Assembly: GCF_006345805.1 (NCBI RefSeq)
Contig: NW_021829876.1
Coordinates: 1 to 37,088, forward strand
Source of the DNA: Octopus sinensis
Taxonomy: Eukaryota
Direction: 5' to 3'
Length of the DNA: 37,088 nucleotides
Below are positions 34,650-37,088 of this stretch, piece by piece. Position 1 is the first letter of the stretch, and each line of letters begins with the position of its first letter. The position numbers were made by a program, and so were the translations under genes. Under the pieces are notes generated by a model. That model was not told the origin of the DNA. It made no database searches and saw only the letters and a program-made list of their open reading frames with translations.

Positions 34650-34945
34650 CACTCTACACACGTCAGCCCAGCTTGTTGAGTTCTTATTAGTCGAAAGACA
34701 CCTGTTGTTATTTTCTCGTTTGTATTTGTATTTGGGTAACCTGTTCTCCGTTCTTTTGTCTTTGTTGTCATAAACATTTGCTTACTTTCTCCCCCAAAAT
34801 TTAATGCTCTTTGGGGACAGCCAGATTTGAAAAGTGTCAAGTGTAACTGCCCGAAACTGTAAGGATAATTTGGAGACTGCAAATGACCCGTCCTTGTTTT
34901 TTCCGGTCCGTCCTTTTATTGGGGTCACTTGCGTTCTAGTTCCAT
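34650..34945. mobile_element. Diverged relative of repeat family D with a U3-A8-type hammerhead relic (about 34826-34863)
   Basis: 34880-34945 aligns in reverse complement with about 27770-27830; TTGAAAA-GTGT..GCCC-GAAA-CTG-TA. Confidence 0.45.
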
Positions 34946-35974
34946 GGTTTTGGAATTATATATACATATAGCGACGTACGTACACTTTTGCTCACCTTCT
35001 AAGTATTATAGCTGGTTTTAGGATACCTTGTGTTTTCTCTTAGGTTATATTATTATAGTATATTCTCTATTTAGTTTTGTTACAGTGATGTAATGCTATT
35101 TATTGTTTTCTATTGGGAAATAGATTATTTTATTTGGCTTTTTTTAGTAAAGGAGAATATAATGATTAAAACGTCACTTATAACTTAAGTGTTATCATTA
35201 TACACAAATCCGAACAACAGTATATAACGCCATAGAGAAATATACTCATGAAACGCTATGAATATTAACGACATGTATGTATAATATTTTCTTCGTGTTC
35301 ATTTAACCGCTATAAGAAAATATAATTTAATGATTACAGAAATGCATATTTATTTATACTCAGTTGAAAAACAAACGCGAAGAGAAACATTTTCTTAATT
35401 AGTTTTATTATATAAATATAACATTTTATATTATTTACACTAGAAAGGAAAGATAATTTCCGTCGTGTAGAAGAACGGCTATATATTCATTAACTAATTC
35501 GTAAATCTAACCAATAGATTAATTAACAAATCAAAATAGACTTGTGATTATTTTCTTTGGACATGGCATAAAATCACCAATGTCTCAAGGGGTGAGCGTC
35601 GTGGAGTTTAGTTACATCCAACAAAACACTAAAGTTTTTCCCCAAATCCAGGGTTTTTATAACTGCTCAACTTGACTTAAAAAGAATCGAAATCCATTAC
35701 AAATATTCTTTACGTAACTTTTTAGAATCCTTGTATGAGCAGTTATATTAACCAATGGAAAAAACGAAAATAATAATTCTTCGGCAATACATTACGTCAT
35801 ATTGCCAATTCGCGCCGTATTTCAAAATAGCTAAAATGGCTATTTGTTACAGTATATATATATATTAATATGTTATACACGAGTAAATATATACTGGTAA
35901 AAATAAGAAGACGGAAATATTTAGAGAACTTTTATAAGAAAATCCAGAGACTAATACTAAATTCAGATTAATCT

Positions 35975-36135
35975 AATCGGTTATATCGATCCTAGTGCTG
36001 AACTAGTACACATTTTTTTCGACCCCGTAAGGCAAAATCCACCTCGGCATAATTTGAACTCAGAACGTAAAAACGAACGAAATGTTACCAAGTATTTTCC
36101 CGGCGTGCAAACGATTCTACGAGGTTGCCGCCTTG
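35975..36135 (-). mobile_element. Family A SINE copy
   Basis: CACCTCGGCATAATTTGAACTCAGAACGTAAA..CGGCGTGCAAACGATTCT. Confidence 0.8.
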
Positions 36136-36284
36136 ATTTATAGAACACATGTTGAGAAAGTTTGTATTTTTCAAATTCTTCTTTCCATTTTACTCTTGCA
36201 TGATGTGGTTGACTTAAACGATTGAAACTGGTTGGTATTTCTTTTCTTTTCCTATTCTAAGAATTTTCTTGTATTTATTTAAAT

Positions 36285-36840
36285 CCACACATGGAAAACT
36301 TCTAGAAGGACGAGTACCTAATTTGGGCATTGGATGTTATGTAAATGCCAGAACTAGACGCCATTGTATTGTACCAAATGTACCATCCACTCCATCTAAA
36401 TTCAGTACTAGGTACTGCTATACCCCAGGATCCAAAAGCGTACAGGCCTTCAATGCCCTGTCACAAACATTATGACATCTCCATAAAATGGACGTAGATG
36501 TTTTATGAACTCCATTCCGGATTTTATACTATTTCTAAACGACGCCTGCATAGAAATAAATGTACATATTTATATAAATATAAATAAATGACTAGCAAAA
36601 TGCCATTGACCTGTAATATTAGAAAACGAACTAGACATCCGCCTCTCCACAATGCCGGATGAACCAACGCCCTGACATGAAGTATAGGCGAAGGCAGCGC
36701 AGTCAACACCCTCATGCGCCAAATGGGCCAACAGCTGGGACAATGACTTACACAGGAGTGGTGATGTGAAACCCAGCCAGCCTGAGGAAATCAGGTGTTC
36801 TAGCATGACCGCAGATGCATGGCTGAAACGAATAAAAGAA
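36285..36840 (+). mobile_element. CR1-clade LINE 3' end (ORF2 C-terminus relic plus 3' UTR)
   Basis: EGRVPNLGI..NARTRRHCIVP..AFNALSQTL and LDIRLSTMPDEP..AAQS match the CR1 C-terminal pattern; conserved tail follows. Confidence 0.75.
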
Positions 36841-36846
36841 TGTATG

Positions 36847-36910
<64 letters not shown>

Positions 36911-36915
36911 TAGAT

Positions 36916-36974
<59 letters not shown>

Positions 36975-37026
36975 GGTGGATGGATGGATGGATGGAGGGA
37001 TGGATGGATGGATGGATGGATGGATG

Positions 37027-37088
<62 letters not shown>
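36841..37088. repeat. (TA)/(GA)/(GATA)/(GGAT) compound microsatellite
   Basis: Directly visible. Confidence 0.97.

Overview
Very AT-rich, microsatellite-saturated animal DNA that looks intergenic or intronic. The SINE families and repeat landscape resemble an octopod/coleoid cephalopod genome (inference, not verified). I recognise no intact host protein-coding gene, and almost all listed ORFs are translations of simple repeats. Supported features are decayed mobile elements: two CR1-type LINE fragments, two mariner transposase relics, a Penelope-like (PLE) ORF relic with several minimal hammerhead-ribozyme motifs and long inverted repeats, two non-autonomous Helitrons, a Tigger/pogo-like MITE, RTE-derived elements (one with an HDV-like ribozyme fold at its 5' end), and more than 20 tRNA-derived SINE copies. 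The most unusual unexplained signal is a 196-nt GC-richer cassette present twice in convergent inverted orientation (10645-10840 +, 21095-21290 -), with 8 substitutions and no indels. Each copy has a conserved T10 run followed by a stem-loop nested in a 10-bp outer stem, and an AUG-initiated 60-66 aa ORF ending at the same position. The substitution pattern hints at a change of reading frame at the T10 run. These functional readings are hypotheses from few substitutions.
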